From NCBI RefSeq assembly GCF_018350175.1, contig NC_058368.1:185568001-185632000 (forward strand): 64,000 nucleotides of DNA, read 5' to 3'. Origin of the DNA: Felis catus (taxonomy: Eukaryota). Position numbers and translations under genes: made by a program. Under the pieces are notes generated by a model. It was given only the letters and a program-made list of their open reading frames with translations, ran no database searches and was not told the DNA's origin. Positions 1-12,975 of this stretch are shown here, one piece after another (the stretch's first letter is position 1; each line of letters opens with the position of its first letter).

Positions 1-310
1 AAGGCTCTAAAGTTTAGTTGCTTAACACAAAGGTTTATTTCTTGCTTATTTAATCTGATGCAGAACAGTGACTACTCCAAGGCAGCTGAACTCCACATGT
101 AACTCAGCAAAGCAGTGTGATTCCATCTTGTGGCATCTGTCTTGTCAGATCTCTTCCAGGGGAAGGAAGAGCTTAGCAAACTCATACCCATTCTAAATAC
201 TTCCAATAGCACCCACCACTTCTGCACATAGTTTGCTGTCCAGAAACAGTCCCATAGCCCCGCTCCCTCTGCGTACATTGGGAATTGTAGAGAAGCACAT
301 CTGTGAGTGT
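1..310 (-). mobile_element. Old ERVL-MaLR (MLT1-type) LTR fragment
   Basis: MLT1-like motifs aaggtttatttct, ttccatcttgtggc, cacttctgcaca...cccatagcccc...gggaattgtag. Highly diverged; boundaries approximate. Confidence 0.55.
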
Positions 311-813
311 GAAATTTTTCTGTCACACTTAGTTGTCTCATATATAAAGTGGACATGCTCATAAAAGTGTGTAGGATTCTTACAAATTAGTGCTATGTAG
401 TAAACTAAGACCACTGTAAAACAAATGAAAATTTAAATTTCTCATGTGCTTGGCACACACTGTTATATAGCAAGTACCAAAGGATAGCCTCCATTGTCAT
501 TATTTCCTCAAAAGAAGAGCTACTGGTGTGGACATTTCATAGTATGTAAACTTGTTCTGTGGTACACTGTAACTTTTAAGGTCACCTCAAAAAATATTCA
601 TAAACTGGTGATTTAACTTTAACCCCAAGTGAGTGAGATTTTAACAACGGCTATGATTCTATCATAATAACTGAAAACTTCTTTTTTTTCCAAGATGAAG
701 CTTAGTTCAGGGCTGCAGTACTCATATAGTAGGATCCACTCTAGTTGTTGGGGGTCAGGACACATTTAATCAAAATTTCATAATCATTCCACGGATTTAA
801 GAGGCTATATTCA

Positions 814-1030
814 GGGCACTTGAGTGGTTCAGTTGGTTAAGTGCCTGACTTCGGCTCAGGTCGTGATCTCACGGTTTGTGGGTTTGAGCCCCGCATTGGG
901 CTCTGTGCTGACAGCTCAGAGCCTGGAGCCTGCTTTGGATTCTGTGTCTCCTCTCTCTGTCCCTCCCCTGCTCCCGCTCTGTCTCTCTCTCTCTTTCTTT
1001 GTCTCAAAAGTAAACATTAATTTTTTTTAA
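814..1030 (+). mobile_element. Can-SINE (felid SINEC)
   Basis: tRNA-derived head, (CT)n tract, A/T tail; 15-bp TSD aagaggctatattca at 799-813 and 1031-1045. Confidence 0.95.
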
Positions 1031-2176
1031 AAGAGGCTATATTCAAATCAATCCAAAGAAACATGTTTATTTTGTGCATGTAATTGTATTATAGGAGCTA
1101 TAATTCATTTGTAATACATTTACAATACTCAGATACATCCATGACTTCAGACACTTCAAATATTGATGAATAGGTAAAACAAACATAGGCATAATCACAA
1201 TACATGTAGATTAAGCTCCAGGTATCAGCAAGAAGATGGAATATCCAGTTAGGCACCCTAGGAAGGTGACCTAACAGAAGGTTTTGAGATGATGTCAGTG
1301 GATGTGGAACATTATAAAAGGTGGAGATGACAAGAAAGGCCAAATAGGCAGAGAGAAAAACACTAGCAAGGACAGAGCAGGTCCTAATCCATAAACAAGG
1401 GAGGTTATGTAGGGCACTCAAGAAAAAGGTATATCAAGCTCAGATAATAGGGGTCTTGAAGGTTATAATCACGAATCATTTTTAACCTGTTCAGTAGAGT
1501 AGATCTGCAGAAGGTTTATTTTTTTCCATAGCCTGGACAGATTTTACATAGATAAAAATTCTTGTGTATTCTTTAGTCACTAGCAACTTTTTCCTGAATT
1601 GGGCCTCAGTTCTAATATAAAAATATAAAACTATTTATCTTTAAAAACCTGTTTGGCCTTGTGATACCACCTTCCTTCTGAAATACTTTTCCAATTAACT
1701 TTCAGTCCATTCTAAGCCTGATAAATAGAGATGAAACAATGTTCCCCAATATAGATAGTAACAGCTGATATGTATATAAGTTAATGCAGTAGATTTCCAT
1801 TTTCCATTCTTAGACTTTTGGAAGCTTTGAAGGAGTGAGAAAAAAATCAAATAGAAGAGGATTTTCAGAAATTTGTCAAGGTTTTCCAAGTAGAACTTGA
1901 AGACTCTTTTAAATAAATTAATGGAAGTCTTGATCATTTTGCATGTATAAGAAAGTTTCCAGAAAGATTGCTTTACTTGTTGGATCCATCAGATAGAAGA
2001 ACTATGTGGTTAGTATATTCAGCATTATTATTTGGAAAAATGAGAAGATTAAACAGAATATGGATAGCTTGAAATTATATTTGAATGATGTGTTTGATGC
2101 TTACTTATAAGGGACAATGTACTAGAAACATTTTTGTTAGAACTAGAGAAAGGATACCATATCAAGGATATTTTTC

Positions 2177-2383
2177 TTTTTTTTTCTGTTTATTTATTTT
2201 GAAAGAGTGAGCACACGATTGGGGGAGGGGCAGAGAGAGAGGGAGAGAGAGAGAAAATCCCAAACAGGCTCCGTGGTGTCAGCACAGAGCCTGACGTGGG
2301 GCTTGAACTCATGAACTGTGAGATCATGACCTGAGCCAAAACAAGAGTCAGACACATAACCGACTGCACCACCCAAGGGCCCC
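2177..2383 (-). mobile_element. Can-SINE
   Basis: Reverse-complement SINE body; TSD aaggatatttttc on both sides. Confidence 0.93.
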
Positions 2384-2487
2384 AAAAGGATATTTTTCAA
2401 AATAACTGTTTATTTAATTGTAAATAGGTTATTCTTTGTCATTAAACCCCTGGGGAGAAATCAATTATAAATTCATTTAGTAATTAC

Positions 2488-2505
2488 CTTTTAAAAAATG
2501 TTTAT

Positions 2506-2557
<52 letters not shown>

Positions 2558-2684
2558 TCCCAGTCGGGCTCCTCTCTGTCAAACCAGAATTCAACTCAGG
2601 ACTCTATCTCACAAACAGCGAGATCATGACCTGAGCCAAAATCAAGAGTCAGACACTTAACTGATTGAGCCACCCAGGCTCCCC
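2488..2684 (-). mobile_element. Can-SINE with expanded (GA)n
   Basis: Reverse SINE body; TSD tagtaattac. Confidence 0.9.
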
Positions 2685-4211
2685 TAGTAATTACTTGTTT
2701 TAAAAAAGTTCTGGTTGAATAATTTTTTAATTAAATGCTGATTATACATAGCAGGGTCCTACAACAAATCTAGAGCATGCACTTTTAAAATCAACTAATA
2801 ACAGAAATTATAAGAGAAAATGTTTTATATTTGCATCTGCCAAAAAATAGAGCAAATTCAAATAAATATTGCCCTTAATCAATTTATAAATGTTTATAAG
2901 TGCCTGGAATGAGTAAGTGCTCAGTTGAAAACATGATATCTAAGTGTGTCAGGTGAGTGATCTGATTCTATTAGAACATAAACTAATAGAATGAGGATTT
3001 TTTTTTAATTTTCTGCAGTGGACTTTTTTTCTTCTACTCATTTGGCAGAGGCCGATCATAAACTTATGTTTTTGGCTTCATTTCAGTTTGAAACTGGAAA
3101 TAGTTATTGCTTCAGAGCCACTTAAAGTCATCTTCCCTGGAAGCATCATGCTCCTGCCATTTTGCAAAATTATGTCCAAGAAATAAAATTATTCTAAGCA
3201 TTCCTGGATATGCAAAAGAATTTCTACTATTTTCAGCTAAATAACATCAAGTTCAGTTCATGTTCAGTGTAAATGCAAATCTAAAGATGATGTTAATAGA
3301 CATCAACTGGCATGGTATATATTATTAGGTAATATCTATGGAATGGGTTTTTTATAATTGATTTTATCTTCATAATAAACTCTAAAAACTCTCTTTACCA
3401 AATTTAGGATGTGTTTACAATCTGAGAGGTATTTTTTTTGACAACTGTCAAACTGAGGTCAAAGCAAATTTTTTTTATCTGAAAACGACTGTATAATGAG
3501 AAAGGGTACATTAATTTCTACCCTTTTCCTCTTCTTTGGATCTATGTCAAAGAAACCAGAGCTTCCCAGAACAGAGATCTGGCTTCCCAGAATGGAGCTT
3601 TGGAGGGAGAAGGAAGCCTGAAGAATAAGTGGTAATTGCAAGGATGTCATCAAAGATGTGAACTCCTTGGTGAGTTTAGTGTGTGTAGGTCCAAAGCCAA
3701 GATGGAAAAATGGAGTAAGGACCCACATTTTCCAAGTTCTTCTCCAAGTTAATCTCCCAGGACTTATATCTCTTTATGTTAATGTTTGATGATACTTTTC
3801 ATAATAGCAACAACATAGAATGTTTCTAAGTTTTACTTACCTGACTCTGATTCTGATAACAATTAGGTTGAAAGGAAATGCATTCTTTATTTTCCTATAT
3901 AATCAGCTTTTTTCTAAAAACTATTTTCTTTCATTGAGCTGTAGGTTAATTCTTACTCAGTGCCACACAGTTTAAATTACTGTCATAAAGTTTAAATTAA
4001 CGTGTTTGCTTTTCAATGAACTTAGGCTATAGTACACTCTTTCCATTTCTTCTTTTCCTTTTCATAGAACTTCCTCCACTCAACTGCCCTCTCCAAAGCC
4101 TGATACCTAAGGTATGACCACGCTTGTATATTCACATTAAACCACCATGATATACATTCCCATGTAGCCATCATTACTCCCAATTGTATGCTGTGGGGAA
4201 GCCATATCTTC

Positions 4212-4413
4212 AACGTTTATTTATTTTTGGGACAGAGAGAGACAGAGCATGAACGGGGGAGGGGCAGAGAGAGAGGGAGACACAGAATCGGAAACAGGCT
4301 CCAGGCTCTGAGCCATCAGCCCAGAGCCCGACGCGGGGCTCGAACTCACGGACCGCGAGATCGTGACCTGGCTGAAGTCGGACGCTTAACCGACTGCGCC
4401 ACCCAGGCGCCCC
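4212..4413 (-). mobile_element. Young felid Can-SINE (SINEC_Fc-like), no poly(A) tail
   Basis: Near-consensus, CpGs intact; TSD ggaagccatatcttc at 4197-4211 and 4416-4430. Confidence 0.97.
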
Positions 4414-5049
4414 AAGGAAGCCATATCTTCCATGACCATCTGCACATATCCCTTTCATTGTTTTTTACACCTGGTCCAACACGAATACCTCTCATTCAAA
4501 CTCCTTCCTTTCCCCATGATTCCCAGCTCAGGATAAGAGGGTCTTATTCCAACAGGTCTGAGTCATTCATTGAGAGGAATAAAAATCGAAGAGAGAACAA
4601 GGGATAGCAAGAAAAGGGATAGAGAGCAGAATTATTTTTTTTCCAAGTAGTAGGAAAACAACATAAGAAAATAAAGGAAACTAAGTTGCATGTCTAAATG
4701 AATGCCAAATTCATCATTATGGTCTTTACACTCTATAATTACCATAAGGAACAATCCTGAAATGTTCTCTTTCATTAGTAAATTGAAACCTTTATTCTCA
4801 TTTAAATGTGATAACCAGTAGATGCATGTGAAACCTAGCTAACCAAATATTCTTTTCTCTCAGATATTATAAACATCTATTCCTGTTTCTTCCAAAGCAA
4901 CATTTTCTTAGGAGGCCACATTAGTTGTTTACATATTCTATAGCATTTCTTCGTAGCAAGAAGTTATTTGAAAATTTGCAGGTAGCCCCAGGTTTGCTGA
5001 AGGAATTACCATACTTGAACCTGTAGGCAGTTTTTCTAACATATTTCCT

Positions 5050-5450
5050 TCAAAGCAGTGATTTCTAAAAACTTATTTGCACATGAGAATTCTCTAAGGA
5101 GTTTGATGAAAGCTGGGCAAAACAGCTCTCTAGACCTAGTGAATCAGAATCCCTGGGCTGAAAAAGCATAGGCTTCATTTTTACCAAACTGGACAAGTTT
5201 ATTTATCTGAATCTGGAAAGCACTGTTCTGAATATTTTTTGATATGCCCACACTGAACCTGTTGCATGAACAGATCTTAAACCTGGCCAGTTATCAAATT
5301 CACTTGGGAGCTTTTAATTACTTTTATTCATAGGCCCCATCCATAAAAAAATGTAATTATGTAGATCTGAGGTAGGGCAAAGAGAATGCATCGTTACAAA
5401 AGCATCTCAGGTGATTCTTATCAGAGCCAGAGTGGGGAATGGTTTTCTAA
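5050..5450. mobile_element. Two adjacent MER5-like (hAT-Charlie) fossils
   Basis: Motifs cagtgatttct...gaatcagaatc and cacttgggagctt...caggtgattct typical of MER5A/B. Confidence 0.55.
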
Positions 5451-5789
5451 AAACATACTAATATCAGCATCATCTTTAGTATTCTGCAGTTTTGAAAAAA
5501 TCCAAAATTGGCAACTGATTTATTTTTGATATACCAGAGTTAATTAAAACGTTTGATGACCTAAATGCCTAAACATAAAACAACACATAATTATTTACAG
5601 AATTCTTTAAAATGAAGTTATTGAATTCTTGTGTTTGTTACAAAATGTGCTAGATTTCCAGTGAAATATTCAGTAAATTTTACACATTACACATACATAT
5701 ATGTGTACGGATGAAATATCTAAAGTGACTCCCTCTCCCCAATCACCATATTGTCCTGTTCAATCCCTTCTAAAATATTATATTTTTAA

Positions 5790-5930
5790 AAATTTATTTG
5801 TTTATTATATCTTCCTCTACTAGAATGTTAACTCCGTAAAGATAAGAGCTCTCTATGCTATGTTCAGCATTGCACTCCTAGGGCCTAGAACAATGGCTGG
5901 TATATAGTAAGTATTCAGTACATATCTGTT
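5790..5930 (+). mobile_element. L2 3' end fragment
   Basis: ctagaatgttaactcc...gcctagaacaatggctggtatatagtaagtattcagta resembles the L2 terminus. Confidence 0.65.
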
Positions 5931-6683
5931 TTTTTTCAAGGTAGGGTATTATATTCATATATACTATTTATGTATAGATTATATATGTAAACCATATATC
6001 TATATATGAGATTGGCATATAACCCACTCATTCACATACACATGCACACACACGATGTATATGTAGTTTCTTGGCTGCTGATGAAAGTACCTTTTATTTG
6101 TCATGAGAGTTCTCCTAAATTCAAAAGCATTGGAGTCTCCTCTAAATAGCACATGCACAGAAGGTTTTATAGTTGTGAATAGATACCCTTTTCCCCTTCA
6201 TTTGAAAGGGAGGTAGAGACCTTGACTTGGATTTGGAATAGCATTTCTTTTCAAGAAGGGTCACGCTGCTTCTCAGCTATTGTGAATCACTCTCACCTAA
6301 TGTACATGAAAAGCAGCTGAATCATACTGGAATCACATTGCTCCACAAGAAATGTGTCAACTATTTTGTCTTCATTCACATGGTGGAAAGTGTAGTTAAT
6401 GACACCGTGATATTGTCACATTGAAAAACTTCAGAATCAAGGGGCTAAAAATATTTTCTCGCTGTGTAAGGTAGTAAAGGCACTAAAAATTTACCTTTAA
6501 AAGTATTTTTTTATAAGGTGAGGCTATTATAATTGCACCTTTTCTCTCTGGGTGATATTCTTTTCAAGTGACGAGTGTATTTCAGAGTTGTTTAAGGTAG
6601 CTGTTCCTTGGATCATCTGCCAGGCTATAACACCCAGTATGCTGCCTGGGGAGGCCGATGGATGTAGGACATATTTATTATTT

Positions 6684-7250
6684 TGTTCATTCATACATTC
6701 ATTCATTCAATAACATTCATATAGTACTTTTTGTACTCCCGGTACCATGTTGGGCCTCCTCCAGAAGATGAGAGAAAATAATAATGATAGATTCAGTACA
6801 ATGTAATGTGTGCTATGATAGTGATATATACAGATTGCTCTGGAAACAGAGAACAAGGACATCTACAGGCAGGAGGTATTAAGGATAGCTACCTGGAATT
6901 ACAGATACTTATACTGAGTCTTGAGGCTGGGTTGCACTTATCTATCCACAAATATTTATTAATTGACTTTTACGGAACCGGACTAAACTCTGGATATACT
7001 GTAGGGGACAAAACAGACTTCACGGAGCTCACAGCCTGTAAGGGAGACAGACATAATAAAACAACTAATCCTTGACTAAAACCAAGTGATAATGGAGCAC
7101 AAACTTCAATAATCTCTAGGAGATTATTGCAGATGGATCAAAATTTTGATAAATTGTTCCAGAAAAGCCACTCTTAGATGAAATGGCATTTGAGATGACA
7201 TATTAAATTGAGTAGAAGGTAGTTAAGTAAAGACAGGGAGACGAAAGTGT
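6684..7250 (-). mobile_element. L2 fragments
   Basis: (CATT)n L2 tail and caaatatttatt...aaaacagac motifs; diverged. Confidence 0.5.
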
Positions 7251-7316
7251 CAGATAGCAAAACCAGGACTTCTTTATTTTATTCGAAGACTTTGCTCTAA
7301 AATAGCCAAAAAAAAT

Positions 7317-7547
7317 GGGGTGCCTGGATGTCTCAGTTGGTTAAGCCTCTGACTTTGGCTCAGTTTAGGATCTCAAGGTTCATGAGTTTGAGACCCCGTT
7401 GGGCTCTGTGCTGACAGCTCAGAGTCTGGAGCCTGCTTCGGATTCTGTGTCTCCCTCTCTCTCTGCCACTCCCCTGCTCACACTCTGTCTCTCTCTCTCT
7501 CTCTCAAAAACAAATAAAAACATTTCAAAAACTTAAAAAAAAACAAG
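7317..7547 (+). mobile_element. Can-SINE
   Basis: ggggtgcctgg head, (CT)n, A-rich tail. Confidence 0.93.
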
Positions 7548-8489
7548 TAAAACATCCAAAAAACACAAAAAAACAAACAAGAAGTATTTAAGTCATTGCC
7601 TTCACTGAACATTATGCTAATTAAAAATTTGAAACACAAGTAACAGTAATGGTTTAGAAAACACTAGGAAAATAACTTGAAATTGCTTTCCCACCCCCTC
7701 TTTTTGTTTTTTTTTTCTGTCTCTTTTTTTATTTCTTAAAAGAGAAGGTACTTTAGAGATAGTCATCAGAATGTTTGAATTTAATTTTGTTGTTGTTTTA
7801 TAACTTTGTAGCCACATATGATTTTACGGTTTTATTGCTATTGGGTTTTTTTTTTTTTTGGATTTTCAAATGTCAGTTTATACTTGGCTCAGTGCAACCA
7901 AAGAACACTGTAAAATACACGAAGGCCCAAGGTGGAGTTACTGCCTTTCTAACTTTTTCACTCTCCAGCAAACTTTTCTATTTATTGACCCCTAGCCATA
8001 ATAACTCACTCTTGTCAGATTGTATTCTTCTCCGTCCATCTCAGTTTTCAGTACTTTTCTGTTCTCATTCAATATTAGTTAGGCTGCAGTTATAGCACAT
8101 TCAGGGGACTGGGCTTCTGGTCTCCAGGGATGCAAATGCTTTGTCATGTGCAATGGGGCAAAGGCTTTCATTTGGTTTATATGCTAACAGGTCAACAAGC
8201 AAATCAAAGTTTCTGGATCTTTACTCCAAGGCTTCTTTGTGACACTGACACTTAAACAGAATTAATGGAATTGGCTGTGCAACAAGAGTGAGGAAGAGCA
8301 GTCCAGGTGAATAAGGAAGAGGCAGTGAGAACTGGCAGGTGCAAGACTCAGAGAATTCAAACATTATAATCCATTCAAGGAACTACTCTTAGCTCTGTGG
8401 CTTGGGAAAGTGTAAATACAAAGGGAAACGAAACAAAGGCTTATCAGTTTTTGTTTTGTTTAGAGGAAGTAAACAAGGGAAAAAAAAGA

Positions 8490-9005
8490 GCATTTGGGGC
8501 TTTGGCTTCTCAGGCACCCATTCCTGCTTTGCTAGGAATACTGTCATGTCCCAGTTTCCATGGAATCCAACCTTCCTGTTATCCCAGCTAGTCTGAGTGA
8601 GAACTGATATACCCCAGCTCTCAGCCTGCCTGATAAGCTACTAATTAAATTTCCTCTGATGAAGTGGCTGGTTTAGAAATTAATTTATTACCCAATCAGG
8701 GACAATGAACTTAATTTCAGGACCTTTGTTCAGACTCTTGGGAAGAGGGTATCTCTTTTAAATGGAATTGGAGTTGGAAGATTATAAAGTGGCATTGAGA
8801 GGCCTAATGGAATAAATCCATAGGGAAGAATACAGAACTTACAGATGGGGAGAAAACTATCAGCACATGGAAACATTGTGTGAATTTGTGGTCACAATCA
8901 TATCCCAAACTATTGGCCTTTCATTTACATGAGGTAATAAGTTATTTTACATAAAGAAAGCTTGAATTAAGTTTTCTGTTGTTACAATGAAAGCATCTTG
9001 AAAAA
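8490..9005 (+). mobile_element. Old MaLR (MLT1-type) solo LTR
   Basis: 3' end cctttcatttacatgaggtaataag...ttttctgttgttacaatgaaagcatc resembles the MLT1J/K/L terminus. Confidence 0.55.
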
Positions 9006-10059
9006 TATAAAATTTAATGGGGGAAACAAACTTCTCATGGCCTGAATCTAAAGCATCAAACATTTCTGGGGCTTCTTAGATGAATTTCAGTCACATACCA
9101 CAGTTAGATTTGGTCTTAAGTAACTAAGTTAAGAGTTATTCATTATATTTGGTTTACTTTTTTAAAAAGGTATAATAGGAAAATATTCCCATTTATCAGC
9201 ATTTTTAGATTTTTTTTATTTTGAACTATGTTACCTTCAGAATAAATGCATATGCCTATATTGAAGAGTCATTTCTATCACAAAATCATGTATAATAAAC
9301 TGTTTTTTTTTAATTCCTTGCTGGAAAAAAATTTTCTCAGTCCCTATGCTGTCCTGAAATTGATATTTTATTTTTAGCATTATCTTTTTTGGTTATTCTA
9401 CAAATATTATGTCCTTCAACTGATATTCCAGAATGTTAAGCAATGTTTGCACCTTTCTAAAGCCATTGGAGATTTAGCTCCTTCAAATGATTGCCTAGAG
9501 CCTGCTTAATCTCCCCTAAGTCTTCCAAGGTATTTGATCTGCCATTTCAAATAGTTTCATCAGCGATTTTTTTGTACTTTATTGATCTGATTAACTGGAA
9601 CAGAAACTGAGGTACTAATGTAATCAAAATGGGGAGATTTAGTGACGTAGACCTTATACTGGGAGTTAATAAAAATATTTATGGAGATAATAAGATCTGC
9701 TTTATTGCATTTGGGATTTAAATGAAATAAACCAACATTTCTATGTATTTGCAATTTCTAATCCAGATGTATAATTTATCTCATTTCCCATAATTCTACA
9801 TGTAGTTTGAGATACATTAAGGAACACCTTAAACCCAAATTTTATGTGAATTTTTTGTAGGTATAAGGCATGCCAAAGTGGGATGATGAAAGGGGAACAT
9901 TGCCACAAATACCACCCTGTCAAGAAAATCCAAATTCTTGTTTCTTATGGGAGCATTTGAACAAATGGTCAAGTCACTAGGCCAAAGTCAGGCTTTGAAA
10001 ATGATCAGGAAACATGTCAGTTGTTGGTGGGGAGAATGTGGGGAGCTGGAGAGTGAGAA

Positions 10060-10360
10060 TAGAATATTTACGAGATTGGACTCTGTTGACAGTCAAATGG
10101 AAATTCAGTCCTGAATGCACTAGTTTAGTGGTCTTCGTCAAGGAACTTTACTTTGAACTTGGACAAGTAACTTCTAGGAGCCTGAATTCTCTCACCTTAG
10201 AAAATGGAGGACGGTGGGTGTCAGTTTCTTCATGTGTATAAAAAGTAGTTGATGAAATTAACATTGTTGAGCTGTTGTGAAATGTGATGAGATAATTCAT
10301 AGAGGGTTCTTAGCACAGCCCCTGACACTTAATAAGAACCCAGCAAATGTTAAATATTAT
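10060..10360 (+). mobile_element. MIR SINE
   Basis: Core ttggacaagtaact...cagtttcttcat...cttagcacag...aaatgtta. Confidence 0.6.
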
Positions 10361-10962
10361 AATGACTATGATTAAGATGGTAGTAGCAATAGCAAACTGT
10401 GATTCAGGGTTCTGACAGTTAAGAGAATCTGAGGACTAAGAACTTGCTACTCAGGGAAGGAGAGCTAGCACTTGCATAATTGAATGGAGCTGGAGTTCAG
10501 GGACTTGGTCCTAGAAAGACATTAGGGTTCTTGCAGAATAATTCTGCAATAGTCTGCAGCAGACCAAGGTTGACACAAAGACTCTAGGCCAAGATAGCTC
10601 AGTTGTGAAAGGGATAGGAAAAGGTATTGAAACTTTCAGGGGCAGTGATGGTGCCTGAACCATACCCTCAATTCTCCAGATGTCAGGTCTGTGTGAAAGA
10701 GCAACACCATTCCAATACCTCAAAGGCTAAATGATTTGAAGTTACTTTGTCACTTTTCATCTGGATTGAGGTTGTTAAAATGAAGTCTTTCCAGAAAATT
10801 CAAATTAGGCCATCAGTACCTCTAGCTGTGGAAACTGGAACTGACACAGTCAGGGAAATAAAATTATTTACGCAAAGCTCTTGGCACGATGCTCCACAAA
10901 TACTATTTGTAATTGTTGTGATTTTCTTGAAACACTTTTTTACTCTTGACATACCTGATAAC

Positions 10963-11083
10963 CAGAGTTGCCAGATTTATCAAATAAAAAGTATAGGATG
11001 CTCAGTTACGTTTGAATAGGAAATAAACAGTGAAAAATTTTGAGTGTAAGTGTTTCCAAATATTGCATACATTTAGCAACTTT
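10963..11083. mobile_element. MER53-like hAT MITE, internally deleted
   Basis: cagagttgccagattt...tttagcaacttt termini; 8-bp flanks ctgataac/ctgataaa. Confidence 0.65.
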
Positions 11084-11253
11084 CCTGATAAACTCCTCTT
11101 CCCGGTTTCCTTGATTTCTCTGCTACACTTTCTCACTCTCCTCTTGTGACTTCTCCTCCCCACATTGGCCTCTCATCCCACATCTCAAACTTCCTGCCTT
11201 CTAAACTCTGCATTTGATACTCTCTTTGCCTTTAAAAGATTGTTCTTCCACTG

Positions 11254-11791
11254 TGTAGGGGCTAAGGACAGGCTGCACCAAGGTGGGCTACCTTGGCATA
11301 TTGGTTATTTTAAATAAAAAAACTAAAGAGACAGCCCATATAAGAAAGTCATGCAGACCCTCCACTGTCCCCTGAAAGCAAGAAATGGATCTCCCATATG
11401 AAAGGCATCCTCCCTGTACCAGGGGGTAGAGAGAGGTCCTTATAACCAGAGACGGGAGATTTAGAGATCAGAAGGCTATATAAAACCCTTGTTACCTTTT
11501 ACTAATTTACCACCCCAGCCCAAATTCTGTTCAGAATTTCTCACTAACTGAAGCTCACAAAGTTAAATTTTCTTTGTCTTGTTAATTCCTCACAGATTTA
11601 TTGTCTCTTTGTTGAAAAAGTATAAAAGCCTCCTGTCTTGGTCATTTCTTGGGGTCTCAATTTCATAATTGGGCCTCTGAACACGTGCAGTAAAACTTAG
11701 GTTTTTCTCCTGTTAATCTGTCTCATGTAAATTTAATTCTTAGAGCAGCTGGAAGACCTTGAGGGTAGAGAAGAATTCTTCCTCCCCATCA
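11254..11791 (+). mobile_element. ERV1-type solo LTR (MER34/MER39-like)
   Basis: TG start (tgtagggg), TATA-like gtataaaag ~11620, agtaaa signal, ttttctcctgttaatctgtct motif, cctccccatca end. Confidence 0.75.
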
Positions 11792-11983
11792 ACAGTCAAT
11801 CTGTTTATGTTATACTCATCTTTTAAGACTTGGAGTACTCAGATTAAACCCCAGGCAAGGTGATACTCTTCACTGTGCGGTTTCACAGCATACTTTGCAG
11901 CACATATTATCCCTATGTTTGAAAAACATGTTTCTATTTTTAAACTAAACTCCATTGGGCAAGAATTATGTTTAACATAATTT

Positions 11984-12188
11984 ATTTTTTTAATTTCATT
12001 TTAGAGAGAGATGGAGAGAAAGAGGAGGGGGAGAATGCGAGTGGGGGGAGGGCAGAGGGAGAGAGAATCTTAAGCAAGCTCTGTGCTCAGTGCAGAACCT
12101 GATGCGGAGCTCAATCTCATGACTGTGAGATCATGATCTGAGTCGAAGTCAAGAGTCAGATGCTTAACAGACTGGCACCCAGGCACCC
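11984..12188 (-). mobile_element. Can-SINE
   Basis: Reverse SINE; TSD-like tttaacataattt/tttaacttaattt. Confidence 0.92.
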
Positions 12189-12204
12189 ATCTTTAACTTA
12201 ATTT

Positions 12205-12422
12205 TTTTAAATTATTTTAATGTTTATTTACTTTTTGAAAGAGAGAGACAGAGTGTGAGTGGGAGAGGGGCAGAGAGAAAGAGCAAGACACAGAATCCGA
12301 AGCAGGCTCCAGGCTCCGAGCTGTCAGCACAGAGCTCGATAAGGGGTTCAAACTCACAAGCTGTGAGATCATGACCTGAGGGGAAGTCAGACGCCTAACT
12401 AGCTGAGCTACCTAGGCGCCCC
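12205..12422 (-). mobile_element. Can-SINE (tandem with previous)
   Basis: Reverse SINE ending ggcgcccc. Confidence 0.93.
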
Positions 12423-12921
12423 TAATTTAATTACTACTGAGTCACCTATACCTAGCACAGGAAACCCACTTAATAAACATTTGTAGATTATGGAAGGAGT
12501 AATAATTGTTGTTATTATTATTATTAACAAGCATTAGTCTTTTGCTTTGCATGGCAAGTTTATGTAGTATATTTCAAAGACAAGAAAAAGCACCCTCCTA
12601 TAACACACTAATGAGATATTAATCAATAATAAGTTTCTGTTAGGTAATGGTCAGCTCTAGCTTCTAGTATAACAAACATTTACACAGCACTTGCAATGTC
12701 CCAGATACCTTTGGAGGTACTTAAAATATTATCTAGTTGTATCCATAATCTACTTTAAAAAGATCAATACTAGCTCACACAACACTAATTAATGATCCAA
12801 AATGGCAGCTGGTTAATTTAATACTTGGCAGACTATTGATATTTGTAACTTATTATTAACAAAGGACATTAGTCCGTGTAGGCAGGACCACTCAGGAATC
12901 AAGGAACAAAACAATTTTATT

Positions 12922-12924
12922 TTT

Positions 12925-12972
<48 letters not shown>

Positions 12973-12975
12973 TTT
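12922..12975. repeat. (TTTC)n microsatellite
   Basis: Direct observation. Confidence 0.95.

Noticed and set aside
814..900. tRNA-like A/B boxes at SINE heads (throughout the window)
   Set aside because: They are tRNA-derived SINE promoters, not tRNA genes.
3835..3915. Perfect minus-strand donor CAG|gtaagt
   Set aside because: Weak acceptor and stops in all frames.
8130..8146. Octamer ATGCAAAT next to a SOX-like ctttgtc
   Set aside because: Not the canonical SOX-OCT arrangement; short motifs are expected by chance in 64 kb.
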